A DNA stretch of 54,323 nt, the filler included, from Catajapyx aquilonaris (lineage: Eukaryota): the NCBI GenBank assembly GCA_000934665.2. It is 2 parts of 2 records of this genome, joined end to end, with 100 filler letters (N's around TTAATTAATTAA, not from the genome) between each part and the next. Parts side by side here need not be neighbours in the genome. Positions count along the whole stretch, not along the records: positions 1 to 27,070 come from JYFJ02005113.1; 1 more part is not named here. One strand, 5' to 3'. Below the pieces are notes generated by a model, which did not search any database, had not been told where the DNA came from, and saw nothing but the letters and a program-made list of their open reading frames with translations. The translations under genes were made by a program, and so were the position numbers. Numbering within the stretch: the stretch's first letter is position 1; each line of letters opens with the position of its first letter. Of the stretch, positions 1-21,200 are shown one piece after another.

Positions 1-58
1 CCCCCCCCCACCTATACCCTTGTGCCCCCCCCTGAAAACATTTCTGGATCCGCGCCTG
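1..58. mobile_element. Right end of a non-autonomous TIR (hAT-like) element, truncated by the window edge
   Basis: C-rich tract ending ...aaaacatttctggatccgcgcctg; reverse complement CAGGCGCGGATCCAG resembles the CAGGG(G/C)CG termini of the MITE at 29794-30619. Confidence 0.4.
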
Positions 59-701
59 AACCAATGCCATAACTTTCCTCAACTGACAGAGAACGTTTAC
101 ATATGGATGTTCGAGTTATCAAGTTCTAGGTAGGTCACAGCACAGGGAATGAGCATTTCACACAAGCAGAGTGATTTTAAGACGCCCATCTGTTGATCAT
201 AATGTAGAGTACCATACATTTGAATATCCATCATCATATTCTTAAGTAGTCACTAGTCGCAGCTTCTTCAAGCTCCAGTTTCTTTCCAAAATTGTGATGA
301 AGGAGCTCAGCATTCGCAGAGTAGAGTTGCCTGAAGCAGTGTTCCCAACTGTTAATGTAGAGGACCACAGCTATACTCGTGAGAGACATGAGCCTACTAA
401 ATCCGCAAACGATTTTTGTAGACCTTACAGCATAGTCCATTTGAATCATATTCAGTTGTGTGATCTCACCGCGGACGACGTGGATAGCACCAAGTCATTA
501 CACCCATAAAAATGCCAGGATACCTCATTTTATACCCCATTTGAGTCATTGCCCCAATGCACAACTAGCACTGACTAAACTGATTTTATTAAATATCAGT
601 TTTAATACACAATATGCAACTTATGAAATTGCTCATCATCCACCATTACCATGGAAATTAAAATTCTGCTAAGTGTGTCCATTTTCAGTGCAAAAAAGTG
701 G

Positions 702-1035
702 CACGTCAACTATCTCACTATTCGGAGATCATCATATACCTGATTAAGAACAAAGCAACGTCAATTTAAATATATATATATATATATATATATTTCTATT
801 TGAAGGGATTTTCCGAAAGAACCGGTTTTTTAAATATAAAAACCGGGCTTGGTGAAACCGGTCCTCAATCATAAAAATGTATGCACGAATTGGCTATCGA
901 AAAACCCGCCATAAGGTTTGCCCTCGTTATTCATTCGACGTGGAACGCACGCGTTTTCTACTCTGTTCACATCTGTTCATTGAGACCAGGGATGTCGTGG
1001 ACCAATCCGGATCCAGAATATGCTGTGACGTCACA
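702..1035 (+). promoter_or_regulatory. Sec23 upstream region with CRE / TGACGTG-type bZIP sites
   Basis: CACGTCA (=TGACGTG) at 702-708, GACGTGG at 937-943, and palindromic TGTGACGTCACA at 1024-1035, 180-510 nt upstream of the Sec23 ATG. Confidence 0.45.
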
Positions 1036-1197
1036 AACCTGAGTGAAAAACCAACGCCTGGGTGGCAGTGGGGGTACTTATAATAAATTGAAGATTGCTG
1101 CACCGTGGTGGTCTTTGTGAGTCTGGTGTTGGACACGTCGTCTGCAAGTACAGTACAACACTAGTTACATTTGATCAGAGTGGAATCCTGCAGGTAG

Positions 1198-9228
<8,031 letters not shown>

Positions 9229-9578
9229 ATATATTTAATTGATAATCGATAATTATTTCAAATTGTAAGAATATTATTATTAAAGAATTTGTTGCGGGAA
9301 TGTAGGAATTTTTGCATTTGGTATTCCTCTTTAATAAATATGGTATCATAATGTACGGAAAATGAGAGAACGTCATTGTTTCTTCCATTGTCACTTTATT
9401 CATGTTCTGTGAGGGTATTTCCATGGAAACCTTGATGTCAGATCATTCTTTCATTTTCCATACGTACATTATTTGAAGAAACTCATACATGGATCAATGG
9501 AAACAAGCTAAACTTTACTTGGCAGAAGTTACCAACATAGGGAATGTACAGTACAAATTATCGTCACAATATAGGACC

Positions 9579-11144
9579 TTAATTCAAGAAGCGAATGGAC
9601 ATCTTCTGCTCAACGTCAGTGCGTTCCAAGACTTGGCAGAACTCTTCAAAGGAGATGGTTTGGTCCCCATTTTTATCTGCTTCCATTATGGTTCTTTCTG
9701 CAATGCTGGTGAGTTGCTCCTCACTAATGTTGGCTCCAACCATCATGTGCAAGACATTGAGGAGCTCTTCTCGGGATATCTGGTTGTCATCATCCAAGTC
9801 ATACATCTTGAAAGCAACTGGAAGTATCAAAATTTACCATTAACATTCAGTACACCTCAACAAAGGTTCTGTGTGTGAATGAGTTCTCAAAACTCACATC
9901 AACTGAATCATCATAAGATTAATTGCAGTCTCGCAGTTCTAAACCAAATTCTTAAATGCAACTGACTGATCATAAGCAAAGAAGAGAATAGTAAGCTACA
10001 CTCCATTGACACTCAGCTGCATCTTGAAATTATAATATGGAGTTTTTCATGGCAGGCACTGTTTCAGCATGGCTGCTGACTAAAACTGATATTTATTAAA
10101 ATTGATGAATCTGCACTACTAATAATTGTGCTTTAATACCTTAGTCGAAGGGACATTGCATGCTGCAACCAGTATTTCACAATCATTCCTTTCATTAAAT
10201 GCTGCTTTAAGTGAACCACAAGCAATTCTAAAAATTGGGTACCACCTATCACTGCCATAAAAATTCAAACCCCCGAACTTTCTCGTTAATCCTGTGGCCA
10301 TTTCAAATATGAAAATTGCAAACTCACATCATCATTAACCGCAGTGCTCAGTTTAGACAATTTATTTCGCACTTCTAGCTTTCATTTTATAAGTGGAAGA
10401 TCGGGCATGTTCCGAAGGAAAAATATGAATTGAGGAAAATGTGGCATCTACCGATTCTACACAATGCAGTGAAACCCATCTATAATGCAGAAATCTAGAG
10501 CAGAAACTTGCTCATTCCAGCACTTTGCTTGGCCCTGACACAGGATTTCCAATCTATTTCTGTCATAACAGAATCTTGTTCAGTACTAATAAATTTCATG
10601 GAACAAAGCAACTACACTATAAAGATTGCTTCACTCATTGCAGTCTTGCCTCACTCATTAACAACAAGGAAATTCATGGCTGTCCTTATTAGTCATCCTC
10701 CCCTTCAGCCCTCCAAAATGTAATTACATTCTAGCTTCTCCCGTCTGGAGTTGAGCCTGGACGGCTGTCCCCCACGTATCGGTCTGAAGTGTGCTAGGAC
10801 CGTCATAAACTGCCTGAAGTTGACTCGGTCATCTTTGCTATCTCGAAAGAATACATGCACAATACGATCGCCCAAAGGGTTGATAGCCAGTTCCGGTATC
10901 CTCAGGAAGTCCTCCCGGCTCAGCGACCCATTATCCCCCTTGTCCAGGCTAGTGAAGCGACTGTACAGCCGTTCAATCTGGTGAGGCGTAACTGCAAGCA
11001 CACAACATGTCTGTCATTACAAAACGGGGGCAAGGTTTCCATCACATTAACATGACTTTCTCTTCAATTCAACTTACATCCGGTTTCTTCCTGAATCTCC
11101 GCGATTTCTTCCTCTCGCAAGAGAAGTGACGATCTGTTGCCCAT
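9579..11144 (-). CDS. CHP1: Calcineurin B homologous protein 1 (EF-hand), 189 aa
   Basis: Exons 11144-11078, 10991-10728, 9817-9579 (570 nt). MGNRSSLLLREEEIAEIQEETGFTPHQIERLYSRFTSLD...LAINPLGDRIV...EF hands DLDDDNQISREE and DKNGDQTISFEE...DVEQKMSIRFLN; myristoylatable Gly2. Confidence 0.96.
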
Positions 11145-11541
11145 GATTCTTCGGCACACGCAGCCTCACTGGGACACAAAATTGACAAACCACGGTAACA
11201 AACCTACATACGCTGATACGCAAGGAATGTTCTGTACCAGACGACCTTCTACCAATCTTTTTTGTTACGTCACAACCTGCTGGTAACACTGAAAGTATCG
11301 GATAGATATATCGATATTTACAAATCATTCGAGCAAAAACATCGATATATGTTCTAACTTCACCATTAGTGGCACCAATTATACGTAATTAAATTTCTAT
11401 TCTATTTTATATTTCTTGTACAAATCTTTTCTCAGCACTTTATGCTATAGAAGTGTATAGAAGTATTGGAATTCCGTTTTTGAGATGATCTGGTAATAAG
11501 GGTGACAAGTGAAGGCGCAAGTCCCAGTGGCAACTGGAAAG
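11145..11541. promoter_or_regulatory. Bidirectional promoter of CHP1/NDUFAF1 with DRE motifs
   Basis: Head-to-head ATGs at 11144 and 11542; TATCGATA at 11309-11316, CATCGATA at 11340-11347, TTACGTCA at 11265-11272. Confidence 0.65.
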
Positions 11542-14500
11542 ATGGCGGCGTCCATGCTAGCCTCTCGTGTTGGACTGCTTGGCTGCCGATTGCTTGATTC
11601 CGGCGTGGGCTCAGTGCTGGTTCCTCGCCGGACCCGATTTTATGAGCCCGACAGAAAAGGGGGATACGCACGTCCCATCGATAAGTCTCAAGCAGAACTA
11701 GTCAGGGATGGACTGAAGCAGTTGAAGCAAGAAGTCAAGCTCTGGAGGCAGGAATTACAGGAGAAATTTACTGATGATCCCATCATCATTGTCAGGCCAG
11801 GTAACACTGACAGGCGTTTGGTGCAGGTGTCTTCTCGGTGAGAGTCACTTTGTACAACAAAACCTACGTGGCAAGGCTATACTCTAACAAAGCGCAAGTG
11901 TGCTTGGCATGCCCTTGTTACATGGTACAGCTTTGTTAATAATGTGCATTTATTTGTCAGTAGTATTAGTTGTTAAATAGTTTGTTTATGTGCAGGGGAA
12001 GTGGATGTGGTGTGGGGCTTCAATGAAGGACAGAAGTCTCTGGAGGCATGGATGTCTACAAGTGACAGTGACCATGGAGAAGGAAACAGCACTTGCAACT
12101 TAGATATGAGCCCAGCCGGAAAAGCTCTTTTTCAAGGGAACGTTTGTTCTCGGACTCCACAGGATGGGAGGATCAAACGGGCCGGATATTGCAATATGAG
12201 GACCCTAGTTCCAAAGGTATGTTATATTACAAACAATGCTACTGGGCAAAAAATATTTTTTGGGAACCTTCCAACAAATTTTGGTCACTAGCTGCCTCAA
12301 CTTTTGAAATATGTTGTTAATGGTTTAGGGAACATCACAGACACATGCAAATTGGGAAGGTTTTTTGAAATATTCAATTCTTACAAAAGTGTCAGAGTCC
12401 TTCACTGTATGATTCCACTTGACTCTTCAAGAGGTCATTCCAACGAGAGAATTACTTGGACTGGCAGTTATACTCACACTTGGTGCTGAATGTTCGTGGG
12501 GATGGCCGTACCTACCTGATCAACATTGGTACATCAGGATATTTTGATATTACATGGAATGATGTGTACCACTACGTGCTACACACCAGGGGAGGCCCCT
12601 ACTGGCAGCTGACGAAGGTAATATAACATGCTTTCCAGAACATGGCAGATTGACATTAAAACGTGATAACATGAGATAATTAATGAGAGCTACATTATCT
12701 GAAAGCTTTTTTCTTTCAAGGAATAAAATTATGTTAGAGAAAAAATAACAAGATGCATAGTTGGATAAAAATTTAGTTTTGTATTTCCACCTACATGAAT
12801 TTACTTTATGCTGGCTCCCATAAAAATTGCCACAAAAATGTAAACAAAAATTAACTACCATGGTGATTGTTAATTGCAAATTTTTAAAATGAATTTTTGG
12901 AATACCAGAATGTACCTGTAGAATGGGGCAACTTTGGACGCTTTTTGGTAATTTCCTAGCTGTCCCATGAAGACATATTTATCGAAAATTCTGAATTAAT
13001 GAACGTAGACAGTAGGAAATGTCGTTTATTGAAGACCATAACAGTTATTCACATAAAAGTTGTTTTTCTATGTTAAAATACATCATCTTGGCTGTCCTGA
13101 GTCACCCCACTAGGTGGGGTGTCTCCGGAAGCCCCTTTATTTCACATTGTAGAACGAGTCCACACATTAATGGTGAAGCCCCGGACATTATTAGAGTTCC
13201 TTTTTAAAAACTCATAAAGGTCCCCTCCAAACAAATGGTGTTGGTACAGTACTGGTACCTACTGTATCCCACAAGGGACATATTTTATGATACAACAGAT
13301 ATGAACGCCTGTATTGGCATGCTCATTCCACATGAGTATCATTGATGTCGCTAAAAATATAACACCCTCTGCGAAGGTCTCTGATCTTCGCCAATTTGTG
13401 AAGAACCTGGGTCACCACAAGACAACGAAAGAAACATTTTAGTTGTTTCTTTCACCGACATTTTTTTTTTGCGCATGAATATGACTTGGAACTGTTTCTT
13501 GATGCCCACTCAACGTAGCAGAGTAGCCCTTTTCTGAGTTTCTTTTCCTCCTCAAAAGTTAATGCAGGGTGCCCTCCATGTTTCTTTGCATGTTTGTTTC
13601 GGGTCATGTCCAAAATGGTGCTGCATGGAACCTGGTCCTTTTCTGCTGATTTTTTGCTGGCCTGATGTAAAGAACTTTGCATTTCTCATCGGGCACAGTC
13701 CATTCAAGGTCCTCAGTCCTGTAGTGTTGGTAAGGGCTCGCCCCTACAACTCTGATCTGTACTTCCTCCCCATGTCTGAAGTCACCTCACAAAATTACAG
13801 AAAGACACAAAAGTTATTGAAATTACGGCCCTGAATTTTTGTTCCAACCAATACTCTGGGACGAAGGAGAGAAATCATGACGCTACAAATCGGCTGTGTT
13901 CCAGTTTACCTCCGTACAGTAGGGGAGTGTGGGCACTAGTTACTTTGACACATATCTTAATGTACGTCGTTTTACGTCAGAGAAAGAAAGTGTGTAAGAA
14001 GTACTCTCAATGTGCATCTGGCTTGCTCATGTTGTATTCTGCAGCTCTGGAACCCACTCTGTCCAACGCCCTTGACAAACAGCTTTTTTAGACTCCCAAT
14101 AAGCGTCCACACTGACCCAAGCAGAGAAAAGTGTAAGCGTCCAATTTCACGCCATGTGTCCAAAGTCGTCAATTCTACGGTATGGGACAAAACTGAGTTT
14201 CAATTTTTCATATTATATTATTAGCAACCATTTGCACTAAAAATTGTTGCAGTTCGTGCCAAAAAATTATACTGAAAGAGATCCTTTTGACTGCTAAAAT
14301 GTCCATGGGACTCAGCAAGGGCCATGTGAGATTGCTAAACACCGATTTGCTATGGAGATATGCACCCAAGCATGTATTTTTACACAGCAGAGATTGATAA
14401 CACTGTGTCAATGGCATTACTTTGTTTGCCACAAAATTGGAGGTGTATGATGAGTGTAGCAGTAACTTTGAAATGTTACATGTAACCCTAAGATGTAACC

Positions 14501-15143
14501 TCTCACTTTTTATGCTTATTGGACAGCAGTTAAACAGGGGTAGATGGACTGCAGGATGGTCACTCTCCTCGGTATTCCCAGACAATGTACGAGGGCTGTA
14601 AATAAAGTAGTGGCAACACATCTCGAAAAAATCAGTGAAGTATAAGAAGTTTACACCGCTTATGCCACAGATACTCTTCGATTCACATTCCTACAAGGTA
14701 TCAAATTTAAGTAGTTGTCATCTCCCTTGATGAATATGAGGTAAATCTAAGTAGGGTGTAAAATTTAAAAAACTACATGGAGGAACAAACGCAATATTGT
14801 TTATTGCAATGGTTCTGACAACCTTGGATGACTGAACTCATCAAACCCCTATGTACAATTATTATGCATAGAATTAAAATAGTTCTGGTTTTTCTAATGT
14901 ACACAATATCATCAACAGATTCCCTTCTCACGCTTCTTCTTGTCAGCCAAAGGGCGGGTTCAGGACAAGCAACACCCAATTCCCTTGGACCGCATCAGTG
15001 CCTTTGGACTCTCCGTGGGTGGGAAGCCAGATGGGAATTTTCGTCTGGAGATAGACTACGTTGGAGTGGAGTTCGACCCCACTCACACAGAGGAGTTTGC
15101 TTACGAGCTGTACCGTGTGCCCAGATACATTGCGGGGGTGTGA
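11542..15143 (+). CDS. NDUFAF1: Complex I intermediate-associated protein 30 (CIA30), mitochondrial, 296 aa
   Basis: Exons 11542-11800, 11996-12216, 12432-12617 (AAG acceptor), 14919-15143 (891 nt). Arg/Ser/Leu-rich presequence; motifs [68 protein letters not shown]. Confidence 0.93.
12914..13900 (-). mobile_element. Decayed pogo/Tigger-like DNA transposon fragment in NDUFAF1 intron 3
   Basis: Minus-strand frame [10 protein letters not shown]...[20 protein letters not shown]...EW resembles the HTH-psq/CENP-B N-terminus; TIR-like cctgtagaatggggcaacttt at ~12914; many stops and frameshifts. Confidence 0.5.
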
Positions 15144-15154
15144 GGAGGAACAGG

Positions 15155-17884
15155 TTAGAAGCGTCTGACTGAGGCAGCTCCATTCAAAAGGTAACCAACT
15201 CCAGAAGCTATGGTGGATCCAGCTGTGAGCCAGCAGAGGGCATGGAATCCCCAGTGTGATTCCAGTCCAATGATGGGGAGGCTCAGTCCTGCTGCTACTA
15301 GGGTAAGCTGGACACCAGTGTTCAGCTTAGACTCGGAGGTTGGGCGGAGTTCAGCAGTCTTCAGCCGTCCATCCAGGTAGCGGCGGAGGGTGCGCTGTTG
15401 TAGAACAGTTTTATTTAATTAAAGTGCTGGTGGAAGAAGTCTTGTTCAGAATGCAGTCATTCTTGAACCTATCAATAACATGTGATCCATATTTAATATT
15501 AGTTCCCTGGGTGGTATGCACCATCACCACCACCTAACCTCTCAGCATCAAATAATTTCAAGCACCAGGAGCTGGCTGTAAGGGGCCACATTCTTATATT
15601 GCACAAATTAGAAAAGCTGCAGGCAGTGAACCATGCATCAACTTTTGGCATAATCATGGTAACTATTCCAAGCAATCTGGAAACAATACTTCGGAACCAA
15701 AGTAAATACATACAAATGGGACAGTGTGCTAGAAGCCTATGCAGTGTTGGGAGGAATATTTACATATGGGATGTTAAATGGAAATGTGGAACTGACTGGA
15801 ATGTTATGTGCATATGTAACCACATCCCCTCCCCCATGGAGAAAATTCAGACTGATGGTATAGTCACAATTACCTTCCATTACCCAGGGTAGTCAGTAAT
15901 TGGTGCTTTGTTCAGCAAGTAAGACGATTCCTTGGCCAATTCCAATATCAAACTAATTTATACAATTTTTGGCTGGGAGGGATCATTATGGTGTTATCAA
16001 TGCCAATTACTGTGAAGTCACCCATGCACTGCGGATTCAATGTCAGGAGATAGCCTGTAGGCTACACTACTTGAGCACCGCACAGTACCCAGCAGGAAAT
16101 ACCATGACATTCACACTGGTGATGTCACAAGAATGTATAGTCAATTGTCTCCATAATGCTGCCTCCCGGAATAAAATTTTCACACATGGTATAGGTCAAG
16201 AAATTGTCCTGCCTGCCCATTATGCAGGAGCTACTGACCACCTCTTTGGTATAAAATTACGTTTCTTATTTCACCTCTGAAATGTAATATGTTTGACATT
16301 TTCAGTTAAACATGATACCGTCTAGGCATGATACATTATGAAGAACGTCATCCTTGATTCACAATGAGTGCATTTACACTATAGTGACATTAATTGACTG
16401 GAGATAGCTTCATGAATAAATTGCATTATATATGAGCATTCTCATGGTTTTCCTTACTTACCTGACATTTCCACCATTTACAACAATGGCAATATAACCA
16501 GAAAGAAAGGTTTAGACTTACAGGTGGCGGGAGTGACTGGTAACGGATGTAAAAGGCAGCAGCTACCAGTGAGATATCCCGGCAAATGATCAGAGCGGTA
16601 AGTTGAGCTGCATTTGAGACATGAAGGAACGAGAGGAGTTAAAAGTTAGACAGAAATCTTGCTATTGTATGTCATGCACGTAAATATATTGTCACCTGGT
16701 ATAATTCCAATCCAGGACAGAGTGAGGAAGGAGGTGGCCACCAGTACCTTGTCAGCTAGGGGGTCCAGGAAACTTCCCAGGGCAGAGGCCTGGCTTTTGA
16801 AGTTACGGGCAATCCATCCATCTAACTGAAAAAAAAGATGTCCAATTAAACCTCATAAGCAGCTCATTCAACTGGCAGACTGCCATGATATACAACTACA
16901 CAATTATCACAATATTCGCAAATGGAAAAATGGCAAATAAAATATAGTGAATATGGCAAAAAAAGCAACTACAGTAAATATTGAAGCAATCTGTCACAAG
17001 ACCATTCGGAAGCATGCCGGAAAATTGTTCGTGCAGTAGGGGAGGGTTTTTTGTTGTGTGTTTTTTTTTTTGGTTTTTTGGGGGGCGGTGGAGGGGGGGG
17101 GGNGGGGGTTGGACTTTCATTGGCCTCGGAAAGGTAAATCCTGATCCTTGTCATATACTAGTTGAATAACCCTGCACTAGACATTCAAGATGTTGTAAGA
17201 GTGTTGCCTCAGCCTGTGACAAACAGATGAGGAACCATATTGACTTTTGAAGACAAATTTCATGGCTTCAATATAGAGAGAAATCTACATCACTTGACCA
17301 TTGATGTTACAAAATCACAGATTTTTACTGTGTGTTGCTAATGTCCCTGTTAAGATCTGAACACCAATTACCAGGTCAGTTATCCCAGCTACTCCAAAGA
17401 GGATGAGGGCAGGTCCAAAGTGTGAGTTGACAACAAGGTAACCCAATGGGGCTGACAAAGCCAACCTGGCGACACACAACATGTTGGGGATGGTGTACAC
17501 ACGGTCAGCCTCCTCCTTGAGATGGTCCATCACACGCTCTCTGGTCTCCTTTATGTCCCTGATAAGTGATTCTGACCGTGATCTAATTGTGTCCCTACGG
17601 CTCTCCAACGCCTTCCTGAGTCTGGTGGCACGTCGGGTTCTGGGAGAACTGTTCTGAGCCAAAAAAGGAAACTGCTGGTTCGCTATGGGTGCCAAAAACC
17701 TCATCGACGGTGCTGGGGTCAGCTGCATCGGCACGGTACGGACATGCAAAAGTTGCAGTCTGTGTCCCGGAGGCTGAGGTCGTGGCCATCTCCATCTCGG
17801 CAGGGAGGATGCAGGCGCCGCAGTGGATGTCACACTGGCACTCGCCCTCATAAGCCGGATGGTCCGGATTACCTTGGACGACAT
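15155..17884 (-). CDS. CRLS1: Cardiolipin synthase (CMP-forming), 322 aa
   Basis: Exons 17884-17372, 16825-16696, 16607-16522, 15394-15155 (969 nt). VYTIPNMLCVARL; CDP-alcohol phosphotransferase motif AGITDLLDGWIAR..SALGSFLDPLADK; last exon RTLRRYLD..LRPTSESKLNTGVQL..SVRRF*. Confidence 0.93.
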
Positions 17885-18262
17885 GTCCACGTCTCAGAAT
17901 TAGGTGACCACTCTTATATCATAGGCGTTCAGACAACGAATAAAAACAACATTCCCACAACTACGATTCGGGCATTCCAAGGCGCAGACATGTTGTATTC
18001 TGAAAGCGAAATTGCAATAGCCGCGAGTCTTCAATCACGGTGATTTTACCTGCTGGCTGATCCGCTCTTAGAAAATCACATTTTGGGTCATCCATATGTG
18101 GCAGTGTTGCCAAGATTATCAGCAAAGTAGCCAGGTGAAGGGCTGAAGAACAAGCGAGGGGCACGGTCCGCCCTTTCTGGTTGCGTCAAGCCTGCGTGTA
18201 GCAGACAGCCAGCACTTGTAGCAGACGTTGGGGTGTTGTGTTCAGACGTGACACGTCGCAGG
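17885..18262. promoter_or_regulatory. Probable bidirectional promoter of CRLS1/GNPNAT1
   Basis: 378-nt CpG-richer interval between the CRLS1 ATG (17884, -) and the putative GNPNAT1 first-exon ATG (18263, +). Confidence 0.45.
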
Positions 18263-21200
18263 ATGGGTTCTGCTGATGATGAAGTAGGTTATGGGTTTTA
18301 GGCTGAATGTTTTAGGCGGTGTGGGCTTCATGTACGTTATATCTGAGGGTACAGCACGGGGCACGGTAGAGCAGCCGGCGTTGGCTGTTGTTGCTGGCCC
18401 ATTTCACTTACTAGATTGAAATGTTGGAAGACTAGGTAGTAGAGGTCAGTAGCGAGAATATAGGACACAAAATGCTAGTGTTTGATATTTGTGATTCACA
18501 TATATGGTGGTGGACTACCAACATCTTGGTTAAAAAGGGACAGTAGGGAAGTTATGGATTGTTTGCCTCAGCAAGCAGCAACCAATTTAAAGAGAAGCAA
18601 ACCAGCATTGGAAGAAACAACACATTCACTGGTCATGTTGGTTGCTTCTTTTTACAATGGTTGCTGGGGTAAACAATCTGGGATTTTCCCACCTCACGAC
18701 TCCGGGCCTCATGCTACAACATGGTGAGAATTCCCATCAGCAAGATTCACAGTTCAGCTCCACCTGATTTTGACGACTAAAGGCTGATATAGTGGCAATT
18801 GGGAGGATGCTCTCTCTACTAGAATAGCATAGAGAAAGCCCTCCCCACAGCTGGAAGTTCTCGTTGCTACATTATGGCCTTGAGCGGAATAATCGGGTCG
18901 GATGGAACTCGCCAGTGAGAATTTTCACTGCCATGTGACAAGGTCCGTGGACTTTTTTATCAGTGGGGCTTAACATCGGCCTATTTCTGCTGCTAAGGCT
19001 AAACACCGATGCCAGGGGGTGGTCCTCCTCCTGGAAATTTGGCCACTCTGGGATCTTTAACGTGCACTCGCGCAATGTCACACGGGACTGACGGCTTTAC
19101 TGCCCCTCCAAAGGCAGGCAGACTCATTTTTCTACCACTCGGAGAAAAGTCACCAACCTTGGCCGGGTTCGAACCCACAACTGTGGGACTAAAGACAAGC
19201 GTGCTAACCACCAGACCACCAGCGTCGTGAACTGTGCACTTGCTCAGTGCATAATGCACACATGCTAAAATACTGTATATTCATGCAAAGTCCAACCTGA
19301 AGGTGTGTGCAGTCAAGTGTTGCTATGTGAATGGATTATATTTAACTCTCAAGTAGTGGCCTGCTAGTATACAGTGAGGTCTAGTCAAGTGGAATAATTT
19401 TTGTAATTCCCTCTACCATCTAAAACCGCTAGAATTTTTTTAGCTTGAATCACTTTGAATGTCTATTAGGCCACATTTACAAGTGAGCTATAAATCTAAT
19501 TGTTTGGGACGAAAGTAACAATCACATTTTGATCCCAAACAATTATTTCATCACTCAGCGATGCTCGTCACTGCACATCGATGATCAAATTGTTCACATT
19601 TATACACAGCCTTAATGCCTTTGGGGAGGGGCAAAACCAATCACAGGTTAGAAGTGAAGTATATGTGCGGGGCTGAGAATCAAAAACCATGCAACTACAT
19701 GTAGAGTAAAACTGAGATATTTGAGAAAAACCTGTCATTTCATTACTATAACAGTTTCAGAGGTCAACTTTGGTAAGCGATACGGTAGGCGCAGAGGCTG
19801 TTGATACATCAATATATGTGAAATCTATTTGCATTCGTTCATCAACAATTAAATATTGTCTGTTGCAGTTGGCGGGTTTTGATTCCGACACAACATATTC
19901 GGCGCTTTTCGATGTGAAAAGCTAATGGTGGATGCAATTATTGCAGTATTTCTTCGCTCATTTCGCACGCAGTAGTTGGCGGTTTTTGATGCAGACATGG
20001 CAGACACTGCAGTTGGCGGCTTTTGTTTCGCATTTCTCAAAAATTTGTTCCATAGTTGGCGGGTTTTGATCCTTAGCGTCTTTTCTCCCCTTGATTACAA
20101 TGGGAAGGAGTGCTTGTTTTGATGCCACATTCAGAGGTAATGTGCAGGGCACCCTTAAGAACCATATGCCATGTCAATCTAATTTTTTTTTGAAAATATC
20201 AGTTGGTGGGTTTTGATCCTCAGTCCCTCATTTGTGTGAACTGAGGCTCATTAGTAATATGAAACCTTACTTAAAGTGAGTCAGAAAAGTTATAACATTA
20301 TGTACAGAATCAGAACCTTCACAGAGGAGAACTTACGGTGGGAAAGGGGGCTATATTCTACCCATTTTTCCTATTCTCAGAAGAACTAAAAGTTTACAAT
20401 CATGTTTTATGTACGGTATTTTTTTCCAAGTAAAATGTAGAGAAAACCTCCTCTGCCCTTATAGACATCAGATATGCATTTTATACCATCTGGTAACTCG
20501 TTCTTACTGGCATGGTGTTAGATATGGGGTAATACAGTAGTTTTTGATTAACTCATCATTTTCTGTGAATGATTATAAAAGTACAATGATACAGGAAGGG
20601 TATTATTTCACTTGGAGTAATTCTAACTTGCTGAATGTACAGTATTATGCAAATATGTATCCTACATATGGCAGCCAAATTCAAATATTGTTGCTCTTCT
20701 GTGTGAACACTGAGCATGTATAAACTTGATGTCATATGCATACATGACTAACATGAGGTGTCGACTATTTCTCTTGATAAATCCACTTTTGCACCCTTTG
20801 GACAGTTTATGCCTTGTGGGATTGAACTAAAGACTGTCTCTTCCTAATCAACTTGATGGCATCATGTTCTTATGAAGAATGGAAAATGGATGACCTAGAT
20901 TTTTCTTTGTTGTTTCTGGGGATAGTAAATCACCAGCAGTTGATCAGTGCAAGCATATGAAATGAGCAGGAGAAATATGAGCAGACAAGGTCATGGAGGG
21001 GAACCCATCAGGTTTTTGCTACTCAGGTGTGCAGTCATGCTTTTTGGATGGTTAGGAGGTGTTTTGATCAGGTAGAACTGGATCCAATCAACTGAATGAC
21101 ACAAGGGGTAAATCACTCTTCAAGTCCGTTAAAGTACGGTATAAGGCTCCAAGTCCGACCAAGTCCGGGCTAAAGTTGGGCTTTTTACAAGTCTGTTATA

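Noticed and set aside
17040..17110. G-rich tract / potential G-quadruplex and Pro-rich ORFs
   Set aside because: Homopolymer run with an N in a CRLS1 intron, probably low-quality sequence; the same applies to ~35850-36400 and ~37820-37850.
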